NCBI GenBank assembly: GCA_963765575.1
Contig: CAVXWZ010000002.1
Coordinates: 320,001-384,000 of the forward strand
Direction of reading: 5' to 3'
Source of the DNA: an uncultured cyanobacterium
GTDB taxonomy: Bacteria; Cyanobacteriota; Cyanobacteriia; PCC-6307; Cyanobiaceae
DNA length: 64,000 nt
In this document: positions 50,711-63,948 of the stretch, piece after piece
Numbering within the stretch: position 1 is the first letter of the stretch
How the letters are laid out: each line of letters opens with the position of its first letter
Made by a program: the position numbers and the translations under genes
Notes under the pieces: model-generated
What the model was told of the DNA's origin: nothing
The model's database searches: none
What the model saw: only the letters and a program-made list of their open reading frames with translations

Positions 50711-51886
50711 TCAGCGGCTCGTGGCCAGTTGGGATGGCACCACGTCGAGCCTCAGCATCTCCCCCTTGCGGTTGATGCTGAGGCTGAGTTGCCCCCCGAC
50801 ACCAGCCCGCTCCACCGCAGCCACCAGCTGGGAGGGCTCCACCACGACCTCGCCATCGGCCTCCACCACCACATCGCCCTGACGCAGGCCAGCCCGCTGG
50901 GCCGGGCTGTTGGCCACCACCGAGGCAATGCGAACGCCGCTCTTGAGCCCGGTGCCGTCACCGGGGCGGACGGCATCCAGGCCAATGCCGATCACCGGAT
51001 GACTCACCTTGCCGCTGGACACAAGCTGGCGGGCGATGTCGCGGGCTCTGTTGATCGGAATCGCAAAGCCCAGGCCAGCCCCGGGACCGCTGCGCACCAG
51101 GGTGTTGATGCCGATCACCTCGCCATCGGCGTTGAGCAGCGGGCCACCGGAATTGCCCGGATTGATGGCGGCGTCGGTCTGGATCAGATCCAGACGGCGG
51201 TCGGTGATGCCCAGCTTGGCGGCGTTGCGGTTGAGGTTGCTGATGATCCCCATGGTCACCGTGTTGTCCAGGCCATAGGGGTTGCCCACGGCGATCGCCC
51301 ACTCCCCCACCTCGAGGCGGTCGGAGTCCCCCAGGGGCGCCACGGGCCAGGGGCCACTGGCCTCGATGCGCACCACGGCCAGGTCGGTCAATCGATCCAG
51401 GCCCACCACGGTGCCCTCGACCCGGCGCCCGTCCTGGAGCCCCACCGTGACCCGGTCGGTCCGCTCGACAACGTGGGCATTGGTGAGCACGAGGCCGCCG
51501 GACTGAAAGATGAAACCGCTGCCCTGACCCCGCTCGGTGCGCTGGGATGGCGGGGATGGCCTGGCGGGCTGACCCTGCTGCGGCATCCCGAAGAACTGAC
51601 GAAAGATCGGATCGTCAAGCAGGGAGCTGGGCACACCGCCGCGGCCGGCCACCGCCACGGTGCGCTCAGTGTCGATGGTGACGACGGCAGGACTGGTGCG
51701 CCGCACGGCGGCGGCAACGAACGACTGCCGGCCCATGGCCGCAGCCAGGGGCGTGGAGGACGACGTGGCGGCGATCGCCGGGGCAGCCGAGGCCAGGGAC
51801 GCCGGCGCCCGGCTCAGCCCCGCCAGCAGCAGGGGAAGCAGGAGCAGGGGGGCGCGGACGGACGCCAGCTGATGTTGAAGAGACAT
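50711..51886 (-). CDS. HtrA/DegP-family serine protease with PDZ domain
   Basis: [32 protein letters not shown]. Confidence 0.95.
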   Translation of the reverse strand: MSLQHQLASVRAPLLLLPLLLAGLSRAPASLASAAPAIAATSSSTPLAAAMGRQSFVAAAVRRTSPAVVTIDTERTVAVAGRGGVPSSLLDDPIFRQFFGMPQQGQPARPSPPSQRTERGQGSGFIFQSGGLVLTNAHVVERTDRVTVGLQDGRRVEGTVVGLDRLTDLAVVRIEASGPWPVAPLGDSDRLEVGEWAIAVGNPYGLDNTVTMGIISNLNRNAAKLGITDRRLDLIQTDAAINPGNSGGPLLNADGEVIGINTLVRSGPGAGLGFAIPINRARDIARQLVSSGKVSHPVIGIGLDAVRPGDGTGLKSGVRIASVVANSPAQRAGLRQGDVVVEADGEVVVEPSQLVAAVERAGVGGQLSLSINRKGEMLRLDVVPSQLATSR

Positions 51887-52030
51887 GGCGGCAAGCTCCG
51901 CGCTGACCAGAGTGTTGCTTGGACCGTAAGCAGGCCAGGCACGCCTGCGAAAGGTGGGCAGACCGGCCCTGACTGTGCCCACCGTCCAGGCCGACAACTG
52001 TCTAAGGTGCTTTAAGAAATGTATCGAGCC

Positions 52031-52144
52031 ATGGACACCACCCGCCTTCTCTTGGCCTTCCTGGCTTTTGGCGCCGCCTGCACCACCCTCTGGGCCTGGA
52101 TGTTGGCCACCAATGGCAGCAATTCCAACGCAGCCGGGCAATGA
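52031..52144 (+). CDS. 37-aa single-TM small protein (absent from the ORF track)
   Basis: Hand translation [37 protein letters not shown]. Confidence 0.55.
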   Translation: MDTTRLLLAFLAFGAACTTLWAWMLATNGSNSNAAGQ

Positions 52145-52187
52145 TGGGAGAGTCGGCTTATCCCGCCCCAGCAGCGGCCCCTAGGCC

Positions 52188-52460
52188 ATGAACCCCATTC
52201 TCTCCCAGATCTTCCCGATCCTCTACGGAGCCTGCTTCCTGGCCCTGCTCTGGCAGGCCTTCCGGGTGATGGGCCAGGGCTACAAGGCGGCTTCCCACGA
52301 GGGCAGCGCCCCGCCCGAGGCCAGAGCCGATCGCACCGGGCGCTTGACGATTCACCCGGAGCTGCTTGATGCCGAGGGCCAGCTCACCGAGGAAGACCTG
52401 CTCACGGTGCGCTTCGGCGGCGACCAGGGGCGTTCCTCTCCCCCCTCCGATCCGAGCTGA
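52188..52460 (+). CDS. DUF2973 domain protein
   Basis: LLWQAFRVM, TIHPELLD, LLTVRF. Confidence 0.75.
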   Translation: MNPILSQIFPILYGACFLALLWQAFRVMGQGYKAASHEGSAPPEARADRTGRLTIHPELLDAEGQLTEEDLLTVRFGGDQGRSSPPSDPS

Positions 52461-52551
52461 GTACGCCCTGAATTTCCGTTGGGGTCCGTTCAGCGGCCAA
52501 TCGAGCTCAGGGTTTTGTCCGGCCCGACACCCCCACTGAATAGGCTCACTG

Positions 52552-52965
52552 TTGAGTGAACGACCTCAGGGGACGCCTGGCTTGGATCAACGCACACGAA
52601 TCGTGGCAGCAGTGCTGCGCAACCTCAAGCTGCCGCCGCGCTTTCGTCTCAAGCTGGTCAAGGAAGATCCGGTGCGGCTTGAGCTCAGCCTCACCCCCGC
52701 CTACGGCAAGGCCGCCCTCCTCGTGGGCCTGCTCGAATCGCAGGATCTTGTGGCCCGCCGCGACCGCGAGGGACGCATTCCCCGCGACCTGCAGGGCACC
52801 TGGGACTGGACCGTCCGCCACGGGAAGGTGAGCACCGGCGGCTGGAACCCCTACCTGAAGGAAGCCCTGCAGACCATGTTCGAAACGGGACTGCCCGCCA
52901 TCGTCTACGAGGAACTCACCGGCGAGGCCTACCACCCTGTGGATGGCGTGCGTCACGTGCGCTGA
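52552..52965 (+). CDS. Conserved hypothetical protein
   Basis: 137-aa ORF; WDWTVRHG..GGWNPYLKEALQTMFETGLP. Confidence 0.7.
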   Translation: MSERPQGTPGLDQRTRIVAAVLRNLKLPPRFRLKLVKEDPVRLELSLTPAYGKAALLVGLLESQDLVARRDREGRIPRDLQGTWDWTVRHGKVSTGGWNPYLKEALQTMFETGLPAIVYEELTGEAYHPVDGVRHVR

Positions 52966-52986
52966 GCCAGCCCCCCTGAGGCCGCC

Positions 52987-55521
52987 ATGGTGCTTCAGCC
53001 CCTGCCCATCGATGTCCTGCTGCCGCAGTTGAGGCAGAGCGTGCATCCAGCGGGGGCCACCGTGCTGCTGCAGGCTCCTCCCGGCGCGGGCAAGACCAGC
53101 CGCGTTCCAGCCGCTATCGAGCCCATGCTCAGCGGCCGGGTGTGGATGCTGGAGCCCCGCCGGATTGCGGCCCGCACCGCCGCCCAGCGCCTGGCCGCCG
53201 AGCGCGGAGAGGAGCTGGGCGGTGTGGTGGGCTACAGCGTGCGCCTGGAGAGCCGCACCAGCGCCGCCACCCGCATTGAGCTGCTCACCGAAGGGCTGTT
53301 CCTGCAGCGCCTGCAGGCCGATCCAGCCCTTGATGGCGTGGACTGCGTGATCTTCGACGAGTTTCACGAACGCAGTGCCGACGCCGACCTGGCCCTGGCG
53401 TTGTTGCGCCAGGCGCGGGAAGTGCTGCGCCCTGATCTGCGCCTGGTGGTGATGTCGGCCACCCTGGCGCTCGAATCCCTGGCCCGCCAGCTGCCGGAAG
53501 CGCTGGTGCTGCACAGCCACGGACGCGGCTTCCCCGTGGCGATCAGCCATCAGCCGCCGCGGGCCGACGAACGGCTCGAGCAACAGGTGGTGCGGGCCCT
53601 GGAGCAGCACTGGCTGGACCAGGGCCAGGCGGCGGAGAGTGTGCTGGTGTTTCTGCCCGGACGGCGGGAGATCGAGCACTGTGCCCAGGCCATCGCTGGC
53701 GCCGCCTGGAGCGCCGGGCTGGAGCTGGTGCCCTTGCACGGCAGCCTCAGCCTGGCTGAGCAGACCCGGGCGATCGCGCCCGCCCGCGGCCCTGCCGGCA
53801 AGGTGGTGCTCGCCACCAGCATCGCCGAGAGCTCCCTCACAATCACCGGCGTGGCGCTGGTGATCGATGCCGGGCTCAGCCGCCGCAACCGCTTCGATCC
53901 CGCCCGCGGCATGGACAGCCTGGTCACCGTGCCCGCCAGCCTGGCCAGTGCCGAGCAGCGGGCCGGCCGGGCCGGCCGCCTGGCCCCGGGGCGCTGCCTG
54001 CGGCTGTGGTCGGCCGCCGACCAGCGCCAGCGTCCGGCGCAGGATCTCCCTGAGCTACTGGAGAGCGACCCGTTGCCCCTGGCCCTGCAACTGGCCCGCT
54101 GGGGGGCCCCCCTGGGCGAGGGCCTGCGCTGGATCGACCCGCCGCCGCCGGCGGCGCTCGCGGACGCCCGCCGCCTGCTGTTGCAGCTGGGGGCCCTTGG
54201 GGGCGGCGGCCAGCTCAGCGACCATGGCCGCGCCATGGCGGCCCTCGGCCTCCATCCGCGGCTGGCCCACCTGCTGCTGTTGGGCCACCAGCGGGGCCAC
54301 GCCCACCTGGCCTGCGAATTGGCGGCATTGCTCAGCGAACGGGACCCGCTCCCGCGCCAGGAGGCGGGCTGCGACCTGCTGCGGCGGCTCGACTGGCTGC
54401 GGCGGCAATCCTCCCGTCATCCCATGCAGCAACTGGTGCGCCAGTGGCAGGGGCAGCTCCGGAAGGGCTCATCGGCCCGCCGGCCGGCCGACGAGCACAC
54501 CAGCGGCGCTGGCGAGGACCTCGCCGCCGCCCTGCTGGTGGGCGAGGCCTTCCCCGAATGGCTGGCCCTGGCCCGGGAGGGGCAGCCTGGTCGTTTTCTG
54601 CTGCGAGGCGGCCAGGGCGCCCTCCTCCCCGCCAACGATCCCCTGGGCCGCCAGGCGGCCCTGGCCGTGGGCGTGCTGGATGGGGAAGGCAGGAACGCCC
54701 GCATCCAACTGGCCCTGCCATTGCCGCTGCAGGAGCTGCAGCGGCTCGCCCAGGAGCGCGGCACGACGGAGAGCAGCGCCGTGTGGGATGACCAGGCCGC
54801 CAGGGTGCGCTGCGAACGCACCCTGCGGCTGGGGGCCCTGGTGCTGGAGCGGCGCCCCTGGCCGGAGGCGGCGCCGGAGCAGGTGCATGGGGCCCTGCTG
54901 CAGGGCCTGCAACGCCTCGGGCTGGGCGCCCTGCCCTGGACGCCAGGCTGCCGGCAATTGCAGCAGCGCCTCTGCCTGGCCCATCAGCACCGCGGCAGCC
55001 CCTGGCCCGATCGCCACGATGCTCTGCTGGCGGCAGAGCTGGAGACCTGGCTGGGGCCGCAATTGATCGGCCTCTCCAGTCTGATGGAGGTGCGGCAGCT
55101 CGACCTTCGCGAAGCCCTGTGGGGCGAGCTGGGGTGGTCTTTTCGCCAGGAGCTGGATCGGCTGCTGCCCGGCAGCCTGCCCGTGCCCTCCGGGCGCCGC
55201 GTCGCACTTGACTACGGCAGCGGCGTGCCCGTGCTGGCCGTGAAGCTGCAGGAAATGTTCGGCTGCAGGCAGACGCCGTCCGTGCTGGAAGGGGCCCTGC
55301 CAGTGACGCTGCACCTGCTCAGCCCGGCCGGCCGACCGGCCGCCATCACCCGCGATCTGGCCGGTTTCTGGCAGCACGCCTACAGCCAGGTGCGACGCGA
55401 ACTGCGCGGTCGCTACCCGAAACACCCCTGGCCTGAGGACGGGGCCAACGCCAAGCCCACCGCCGACACCCAGGCCCGGCAGGCAGCCGCTGCAGCACGA
55501 AAGGCTCAGCTGAACAAGTGA
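52987..55521 (+). CDS. hrpB: ATP-dependent helicase HrpB
   Basis: APPGAGKT, DEFHER, MSAT, QRAGRAGR, RGRYPKHPWP. Confidence 0.95.
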   Translation: MVLQPLPIDVLLPQLRQSVHPAGATVLLQAPPGAGKTSRVPAAIEPMLSGRVWMLEPRRIAARTAAQRLAAERGEELGGVVGYSVRLESRTSAATRIELLTEGLFLQRLQADPALDGVDCVIFDEFHERSADADLALALLRQAREVLRPDLRLVVMSATLALESLARQLPEALVLHSHGRGFPVAISHQPPRADERLEQQVVRALEQHWLDQGQAAESVLVFLPGRREIEHCAQAIAGAAWSAGLELVPLHGSLSLAEQTRAIAPARGPAGKVVLATSIAESSLTITGVALVIDAGLSRRNRFDPARGMDSLVTVPASLASAEQRAGRAGRLAPGRCLRLWSAADQRQRPAQDLPELLESDPLPLALQLARWGAPLGEGLRWIDPPPPAALADARRLLLQLGALGGGGQLSDHGRAMAALGLHPRLAHLLLLGHQRGHAHLACELAALLSERDPLPRQEAGCDLLRRLDWLRRQSSRHPMQQLVRQWQGQLRKGSSARRPADEHTSGAGEDLAAALLVGEAFPEWLALAREGQPGRFLLRGGQGALLPANDPLGRQAALAVGVLDGEGRNARIQLALPLPLQELQRLAQERGTTESSAVWDDQAARVRCERTLRLGALVLERRPWPEAAPEQVHGALLQGLQRLGLGALPWTPGCRQLQQRLCLAHQHRGSPWPDRHDALLAAELETWLGPQLIGLSSLMEVRQLDLREALWGELGWSFRQELDRLLPGSLPVPSGRRVALDYGSGVPVLAVKLQEMFGCRQTPSVLEGALPVTLHLLSPAGRPAAITRDLAGFWQHAYSQVRRELRGRYPKHPWPEDGANAKPTADTQARQAAAAARKAQLNK

Positions 55522-55546
55522 GCAAGGCTCAACTGAACAGGTGAGC
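55501..55546. repeat. 23-bp imperfect tandem duplication at a convergent gene junction
   Basis: AAGGCTCAGCTGAACAAGTGAGC / AAGGCTCAACTGAACAGGTGAGC (2 mismatches). Confidence 0.85.
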
Positions 55547-56323
55547 GAAGCCAAAGTGCCGCAGTCCCTCCAGGATGCCACCGCATCCAGAGGCGCTGGC
55601 GCCATAGATGCCCGGCAGCTGCGGCAACCGGCAGCGCAGCTCGGGCTCGGCATTGCCCACCATGATTCCGGCCAAGCCGGTTTCGAACATGGCCAGGTCG
55701 TTGAGGCTGTCGCCGGCGGTGACCACCAGGCCCTGCTCGAGGGCAAGCCACTCCAGCACCAACAGCAGGGTGCTGCCCTTGTTCACCCCCAGCGGCAGCA
55801 CGTCGAAATAACGCCGATCGGAGAGCAGACAGTCCACCCCATGGCACTCCAGCCGGGGAATCAAGGACAGGTCGAAGCACTCCGGGTCGTAGAGATAAGC
55901 CAGCCGGCGTTCGCGGCTGATGGGCTGCAGCGAAAGACCGGCAACTCCGGCCAGCAACGGCGCCAGTCGCTCGGGCTTGCCGTGCCAGCGGGCCTCAATC
56001 GTCTCCAGCAACTCCGGCAGGGGGCGCAGGCTGCTGCCGCAGGCCACGGTGCAGCCCACGTCGCTGATCACCAGATGGGGAACCGGCAGCCCCAGCGGCC
56101 CCTGCTCCGCCTGCAGGCGCTGGATCGAGGTCAGGCTGCGTCCGGTGCAGAACACATGCAGCACCCGCTCACGCCGTTGGCTCAGGCCGCTGTAGAGGCG
56201 CAGCCGCTCGGCAGCCTCACCCGCCAGCAAGGTGCCATCGAGATCGGTCACCAGCACCAGGTCTGGTGCGGCGGGCAGGGGAGCAGCGAGCTGCCGTTCC
56301 AGCCGCCAGCGGCGCTCGTGCAT
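55529..56323 (-). CDS. HAD-IIB sugar-phosphate phosphatase (sucrose-phosphatase-like)
   Basis: TDLDGTLL, TGRS, ISDVG, GVNKG, AGDSLNDLAM; start uncertain. Confidence 0.85.
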   Translation of the reverse strand: MHERRWRLERQLAAPLPAAPDLVLVTDLDGTLLAGEAAERLRLYSGLSQRRERVLHVFCTGRSLTSIQRLQAEQGPLGLPVPHLVISDVGCTVACGSSLRPLPELLETIEARWHGKPERLAPLLAGVAGLSLQPISRERRLAYLYDPECFDLSLIPRLECHGVDCLLSDRRYFDVLPLGVNKGSTLLLVLEWLALEQGLVVTAGDSLNDLAMFETGLAGIMVGNAEPELRCRLPQLPGIYGASASGCGGILEGLRHFGFAHLFS

Positions 56324-56359
56324 CGCTGGCCTGGTGGGCACCAACCCCGACGGCACTGG

Positions 56360-56404
56360 GGCGCTGACCGCAGACCCCACGGCGCTGACCGCAGACCCCA
56401 CGGC
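56360..56404. repeat. 21-bp perfect tandem repeat, 2 copies
   Basis: GGCGCTGACCGCAGACCCCAC x2 + GGC. Confidence 0.92.
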
Positions 56405-56734
56405 TGGGGCGTCCCCCGATCGCCGGCCAGCCGTCAAGGCACGAAACCAGTCGCAAGGACCGGGTGTGGGGGCGTCACGCCATCGCCATGCTTGTGTCCA
56501 GTGTGGCCACCGATCGGCTCTCGAATCCGACCATGCTGTCCCGGATCGGGCGTGGCGGGGCACTCGGGCTGGGCTCCGATCAGCATGCTTCACACTGGCC
56601 GCACCGACCCCAGGTGCTACCGCCTGGGCCTGCCCCTCATCCTCTGCTCATGGATCTGCCGGTGATGGCTCTGCCACGGGCAAAGGCGCTGGGGAGCCAC
56701 CAGACCCGTGGGCTCGTTCAGCCGCAGCGCTGCC

Positions 56735-57943
56735 ATGGCTGAGACTCCCCTGCAGCGCTACAGCGTCGCCAGCCTCAACCGGGCCATTGGCAGCCTGCTG
56801 GAGCGCGGCTTTGCGCCCCGCTTCCTGCTCGATGCCACGGTCAGCCGGCCCCAGCTCAAGAAGGGGCACCTGTGGATGACTCTGGTCGACGAAACGGCCT
56901 CGATCTCCGCGGTGGTCTGGGCCAGCCAGCTCGCCAAGCTGAGCTTCCAGCCCGACGAAGGCGACGGGGTGGTGGTGGTGGGCACCCTGAATTTCTGGGC
57001 GGCCCGCGCCAATCTCTGTGTCCAGGTGTTCGACCTGCGGCCCAGCCTGTCCAGCGTGCTCAGGCGCTTTGAGCGGGTTCGGGATCGCCTGGCCCCGATG
57101 GGGCTGTTCGAGTCCGAGCGCAAGCGTCCCCTGCCGGAGACGCCGGACTGCATCGCCCTGCTCACAAGCGTGCCGAGCTCGGCCCTCGCCGACATGCTCC
57201 GCACGGCCGCCGAGCGCTGGCCCGCCACCCGCTTGGTGGTGGTGCCCATCCCGGTGCAGGGCAACGTCGAAGGGCAGATCACGGCGACGCTGGAACACCT
57301 CGGCAGCCACAGGGAGCGCCTGGGCATCGAGGCCGTCGTGCTGGCCCGCGGCGGCGGCAGCCGGGAGGATCTGGCGGTCTTCGACGGCGAGGCGCTGGCG
57401 CTCGCCATCGCCGCCTTCCCGCTGCCGGTGGTGAGCGGTATCGGCCACGAAGACGACACCACCATTGCCGATCTGGTGGCCGACCACAGGGCCGCCACCC
57501 CGACCGCGGCCCTGGTGGCCCTCCTGCCGGATCGCCGCCAAGCCCGGCCAGCGCTACAGCAACTGCGCCGCCATCTGGGTCAGCTGCTGCGCCTGCGGCT
57601 GCAGGGAGAACACCAACAGCTGGGGCGGCTGCAGGAGCGGCTGGGCCAGCTTCACCCCCGCGGTCTGCTGGAGCGCCGCCGGGAGGATCTCGAGCGCACC
57701 CGGCGCCTGCTGCTGGCACTGTCGCCGCAACACGTTCTGGAACGGGGCTTCAGCCTGGTCCATACGGCCACAGGCCGACTGATCCGCAGCGCATCCGAAC
57801 TGCACCCTGGCGACAGACTGGAGCTGACCCTCGCCGATGGCCGGGTCGATGGCCAGGTGGTGAGCGTGCACCAGCGCGAGGCGCATCGGCACCAGGCCCT
57901 GCGCCAGAGTCGTGGGCGTCGCGCCGATCCCTCCGGTGCCTGA
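56735..57943 (+). CDS. xseA: Exodeoxyribonuclease VII large subunit
   Basis: OB-fold start, ARGGGSREDL, SGIGHEDD, RAATPTAA, LERGFS. Confidence 0.93.
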   Translation: MAETPLQRYSVASLNRAIGSLLERGFAPRFLLDATVSRPQLKKGHLWMTLVDETASISAVVWASQLAKLSFQPDEGDGVVVVGTLNFWAARANLCVQVFDLRPSLSSVLRRFERVRDRLAPMGLFESERKRPLPETPDCIALLTSVPSSALADMLRTAAERWPATRLVVVPIPVQGNVEGQITATLEHLGSHRERLGIEAVVLARGGGSREDLAVFDGEALALAIAAFPLPVVSGIGHEDDTTIADLVADHRAATPTAALVALLPDRRQARPALQQLRRHLGQLLRLRLQGEHQQLGRLQERLGQLHPRGLLERRREDLERTRRLLLALSPQHVLERGFSLVHTATGRLIRSASELHPGDRLELTLADGRVDGQVVSVHQREAHRHQALRQSRGRRADPSGA

Positions 57944-57949
57944 GGATCC

Positions 57950-58279
57950 ATGGCCCTGAAGCCCAGTCAAGACCGGAGCCGAGGCCGCCGCTCAGCCGCT
58001 GAGGGCGGCGCTGAGCAGGGCAGCCATGACGACGGTGGTGCCGCGGATCTGAGCTATAGCCAGGCCCGAACCGCCCTGGAGCTGGTGCTGGCGGAACTCC
58101 AGGCCAGCGATCTGGACGTTGAGGCCATGGCCGGGCTCTATCGCCGGGGCCAGGCCTATGCCGAGCGCTGTGAGGCCATTCTGGAGCGGGTTGAGCGGGA
58201 GGTGCTGGTGTGGGACGGCCTCCACGATCCCGAAGCTCCCCCGCGCGCTGTCGTGGATGGCTTGCCGCTGGTCGAGTGA
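57950..58279 (+). CDS. xseB: Exodeoxyribonuclease VII small subunit
   Basis: LSYSQARTALE..YRRG..CEAILE; follows xseA. Confidence 0.85.
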   Translation: MALKPSQDRSRGRRSAAEGGAEQGSHDDGGAADLSYSQARTALELVLAELQASDLDVEAMAGLYRRGQAYAERCEAILERVEREVLVWDGLHDPEAPPRAVVDGLPLVE

Positions 58280-58338
58280 GAGGGTCGACCGCGGACGGCA
58301 TCCCTGAGCTGATGAGTCCATTCCCCACCTGAGCCCCG

Positions 58339-58755
58339 ATGACCGTCTCACCTCAGCCACTGCAACAGCCCAGCGGCCGCACCAACAGTTGGCTGCAATG
58401 GATCTACCTGGCCCTGGCGGTCGCGGGGGCGGTGCTGCCCTGGCTGGCCAATCTGGAGTTCATGCGCAACAGCGGCCCCAGCTTTGATCTGGGACTGTTC
58501 ATCCAGATGGCCTCCGCCAACCCGGCGGCAGCCTCCCTGTCTCGCGACCTGGCCATCGGGGCCACAGCGGTGCTGATCTGGATCATCCAGGAAAGCCGCC
58601 GGCTGAGGATGCGCGGGCTGCCCTGGGTGCTGCTCAGCTGCCTCACCATCGCCTTCGCCTGTGGCGCTCCGCTGTTTCTGTTTTTGCGCGAGCGACGGCT
58701 GGCCCAGCTGGCAGCCGAGGCCGAAGGTGAGCACGGTGGAGCTCAGCTGCCCTGA
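58339..58755 (+). CDS. DUF2834 membrane protein
   Basis: YLALAVAGAVLPW, ANPAAASLSRDL, PLFLFLRER. Confidence 0.8.
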   Translation: MTVSPQPLQQPSGRTNSWLQWIYLALAVAGAVLPWLANLEFMRNSGPSFDLGLFIQMASANPAAASLSRDLAIGATAVLIWIIQESRRLRMRGLPWVLLSCLTIAFACGAPLFLFLRERRLAQLAAEAEGEHGGAQLP

Positions 58756-59129
58756 TCGTCCACTTCAACCACCTCCACGTCGATGGTGGCGTCTGAGGCT
58801 CGGATCCCCTGGGCAGCCCCGGGGTCGCGAGAAGCCGCAGTGGCGGCGCCAGAGCCCAATGGGCTGGCGGCGGAGGGATCAAAGGGGGCGCCGCAGGCCG
58901 GACAGCCATCGCTTCCCAGACTGGTGAAGCCGCAGGCGGGGCAGGTGCGCAACCGGCGGCGCAGCAGCTGCCATCCCACAAAGCCCGCAACCCCGAACAG
59001 GACAGGCAGCAGTAGCAACAGCAGGGTGAGACCACCGAGAAGGTCGAGCAGGAAGCGCCCAGCGGGGCCTGGAGCCAGCAGCAGCAACAGAGCCAGGAGG
59101 ATCCAGGGCCACAGGGTCTGCCGTTGCAT
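58743..59129 (-). CDS. Membrane protein with CxxC-CxxC zinc ribbon
   Basis: Two TM segments then CPACG..CPACG; ends TIDVEVVEV. Confidence 0.75.
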   Translation of the reverse strand: MQRQTLWPWILLALLLLLAPGPAGRFLLDLLGGLTLLLLLLPVLFGVAGFVGWQLLRRRLRTCPACGFTSLGSDGCPACGAPFDPSAASPLGSGAATAASRDPGAAQGIRASDATIDVEVVEVDDQGS

Positions 59130-59131
59130 CG

Positions 59132-60067
59132 TCAGGGAAACTGCCTGTTGGTTCCATCCTGACGCCGACCCAAGGCAATGGAGAGGCATTGGCCGTAATA
59201 GACGATGGCTGCCACCATCCACACCCAGAGACTGAAGACGAGCACGCCACCCACAACGCCATAGGCCTGAAAGCGACCACCGAGGACAAGGAGGATGCGG
59301 CCGAGGAGTTGATTCAGGAGCGTGAGTGCGGCAGCGATGAAGATGGCGCCGGGAAGCAGCTGGGTCCAGCGGACGTGCCGTGACGGGAGCAACCAGAGCA
59401 GAAGTTGGGCGGCGGTAAAGGAGAGCGCCAGAGCCACCACCACATCCACCCCGTAACCCACCGGCTGCTGCCAACCCTGAACGAACGGCAGATAAACGTT
59501 GAGCCACGCCTTGACACCGGCTGGAACCTGCACCGGCACCCGGGACACCCGCTGATCGAGAATGAACAGGAGCGAAAACAAGGCCAGGAGAGCCATGGCC
59601 TTGAGGCGCAACTGAACTTGATGCCGCAATGCCCGCAGCCAGGAGTCATTACCGCGGTGGGGATCACCGTTCCACCAGAGGCGGTCAGCACCACGACTCA
59701 AGGCCAGGAAGGCGTTGCTGGCGGTGAACACCAGCACCACCAAGCCGAGGATGCCAGCGCCGGCACTCTGACGGACAAATCCCACCAGCGCACGCTCAAG
59801 GACGGGAAGGAACTGCACGGGCAGAAACCCGAGCAATGCCTCCCGCAGTTGGGTGACGAGCGCAGCATCACGGCCCAGGACCCAGGCAATGAAGGACAGT
59901 GCGATCAGCAGGATCGGCAACAGTGACTGCAGGGTGTAATAGGCAAAGGCGGCGCTGAGGTCGGCACAACCTTGTCGATTCCAGATCAGGATTGCCCGCC
60001 AGAAGGGCCGCCCGAGGACGGCCAGAGACTTGGTGGAGACAGCCAAGGCCTGGCTGAGCCGGGGCAT
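59132..60067 (-). CDS. YihY/BrkB family membrane protein
   Basis: LSAAFAYYTLQS, YGVVGGVLVFSLWVW. Confidence 0.88.
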   Translation of the reverse strand: MPRLSQALAVSTKSLAVLGRPFWRAILIWNRQGCADLSAAFAYYTLQSLLPILLIALSFIAWVLGRDAALVTQLREALLGFLPVQFLPVLERALVGFVRQSAGAGILGLVVLVFTASNAFLALSRGADRLWWNGDPHRGNDSWLRALRHQVQLRLKAMALLALFSLLFILDQRVSRVPVQVPAGVKAWLNVYLPFVQGWQQPVGYGVDVVVALALSFTAAQLLLWLLPSRHVRWTQLLPGAIFIAAALTLLNQLLGRILLVLGGRFQAYGVVGGVLVFSLWVWMVAAIVYYGQCLSIALGRRQDGTNRQFP

Positions 60068-60759
60068 AGCGCGGAAACTGCAGCCATTCAAAGGTTAGCG
60101 GTCAAGCTCGGTGAACCCAAGCAAGAAAAGCTAGAGCCGCTGCCTCAACAGCAACAAGAAGTAGCGGAGCCAGGAGCAAAGAGCAAGCGTTACGCAGACT
60201 CTCCGTGCAGAAACTACTACAGACAAGTCTGAGCCGAATCGCCTGGCAAACCAGGCTCTGACCCAATACAGGTTGAGGGATGTCTCTAGGCGTGGAGCAC
60301 TTCAGGCAGAAAGCAGAGTGACGCTAACTCCAGCAGTTACCAAGAGGAGACTAGGTGCGGCCAAATATCAAGAAGATAATGGCTCGAGCAGAATTAAGCT
60401 GAGCCGGATTTGAAAAGAATTCTCAGAAGATTTTCACTATTTGAGCAGATCTGACGAGATGACAATCGGCAACTCTTTCTGGAATCAGCACCCTGGAAGT
60501 GTGCCCACAGACGCTGGCTTCTAAACTCAGATCCACTGCCCGCAACTCTGCCGCAGGCAATCGTGTGGAAGGCTCTCACCAGAGCACGGCGAACTGACAG
60601 TCCCGCACCAAAGCACGACCGGCGGAATGCTCTCACGGTAAGCAGCGCAGCAGCTGCAGGCCAGCTACCACTGGGGGGATGCCACTGGGCGGCTGCCGCA
60701 GGCTAGCTGCTGCGTCACACCCTCAGCGGAGCTCAAAGATCATCAAGGTGAAAGATAAC

Positions 60760-60877
60760 TCCTGGCATCGACCTATTCTCTCAGGGGGCTACCCCCCAAA
60801 TACCGTCGGCGCTGCAGCGTTTCACAGCCGAGTTCGAGATGGTTCGGCGTGGGTCCACTGCGCCATGGACACCAGGA
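60760..60877 (-). rRNA. rrf: 5S rRNA
   Basis: Reverse complement TCCTGGTGTCCATGGCGCAGTGGACCCAC...GATGCCAGGA with terminal helix. Confidence 0.96.
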
Positions 60878-61063
60878 ATTTCTTCACTTGTCAGGGTGAA
60901 CCCTGAGAACTGCATAGGTATCCTTAATCCACTCACCACCAGCTCAACACCCGCAGCTCTTCACTGCAGGCGCTCACCGGCGGCCTCACGGCTCAAGGTT
61001 CCAGACAAAAGCATGGTCGTCTCCATCCCTCAACGGGACGTCAATGACCTTTCGCCATGGTCA

Positions 61064-63948
<2,885 letters not shown>

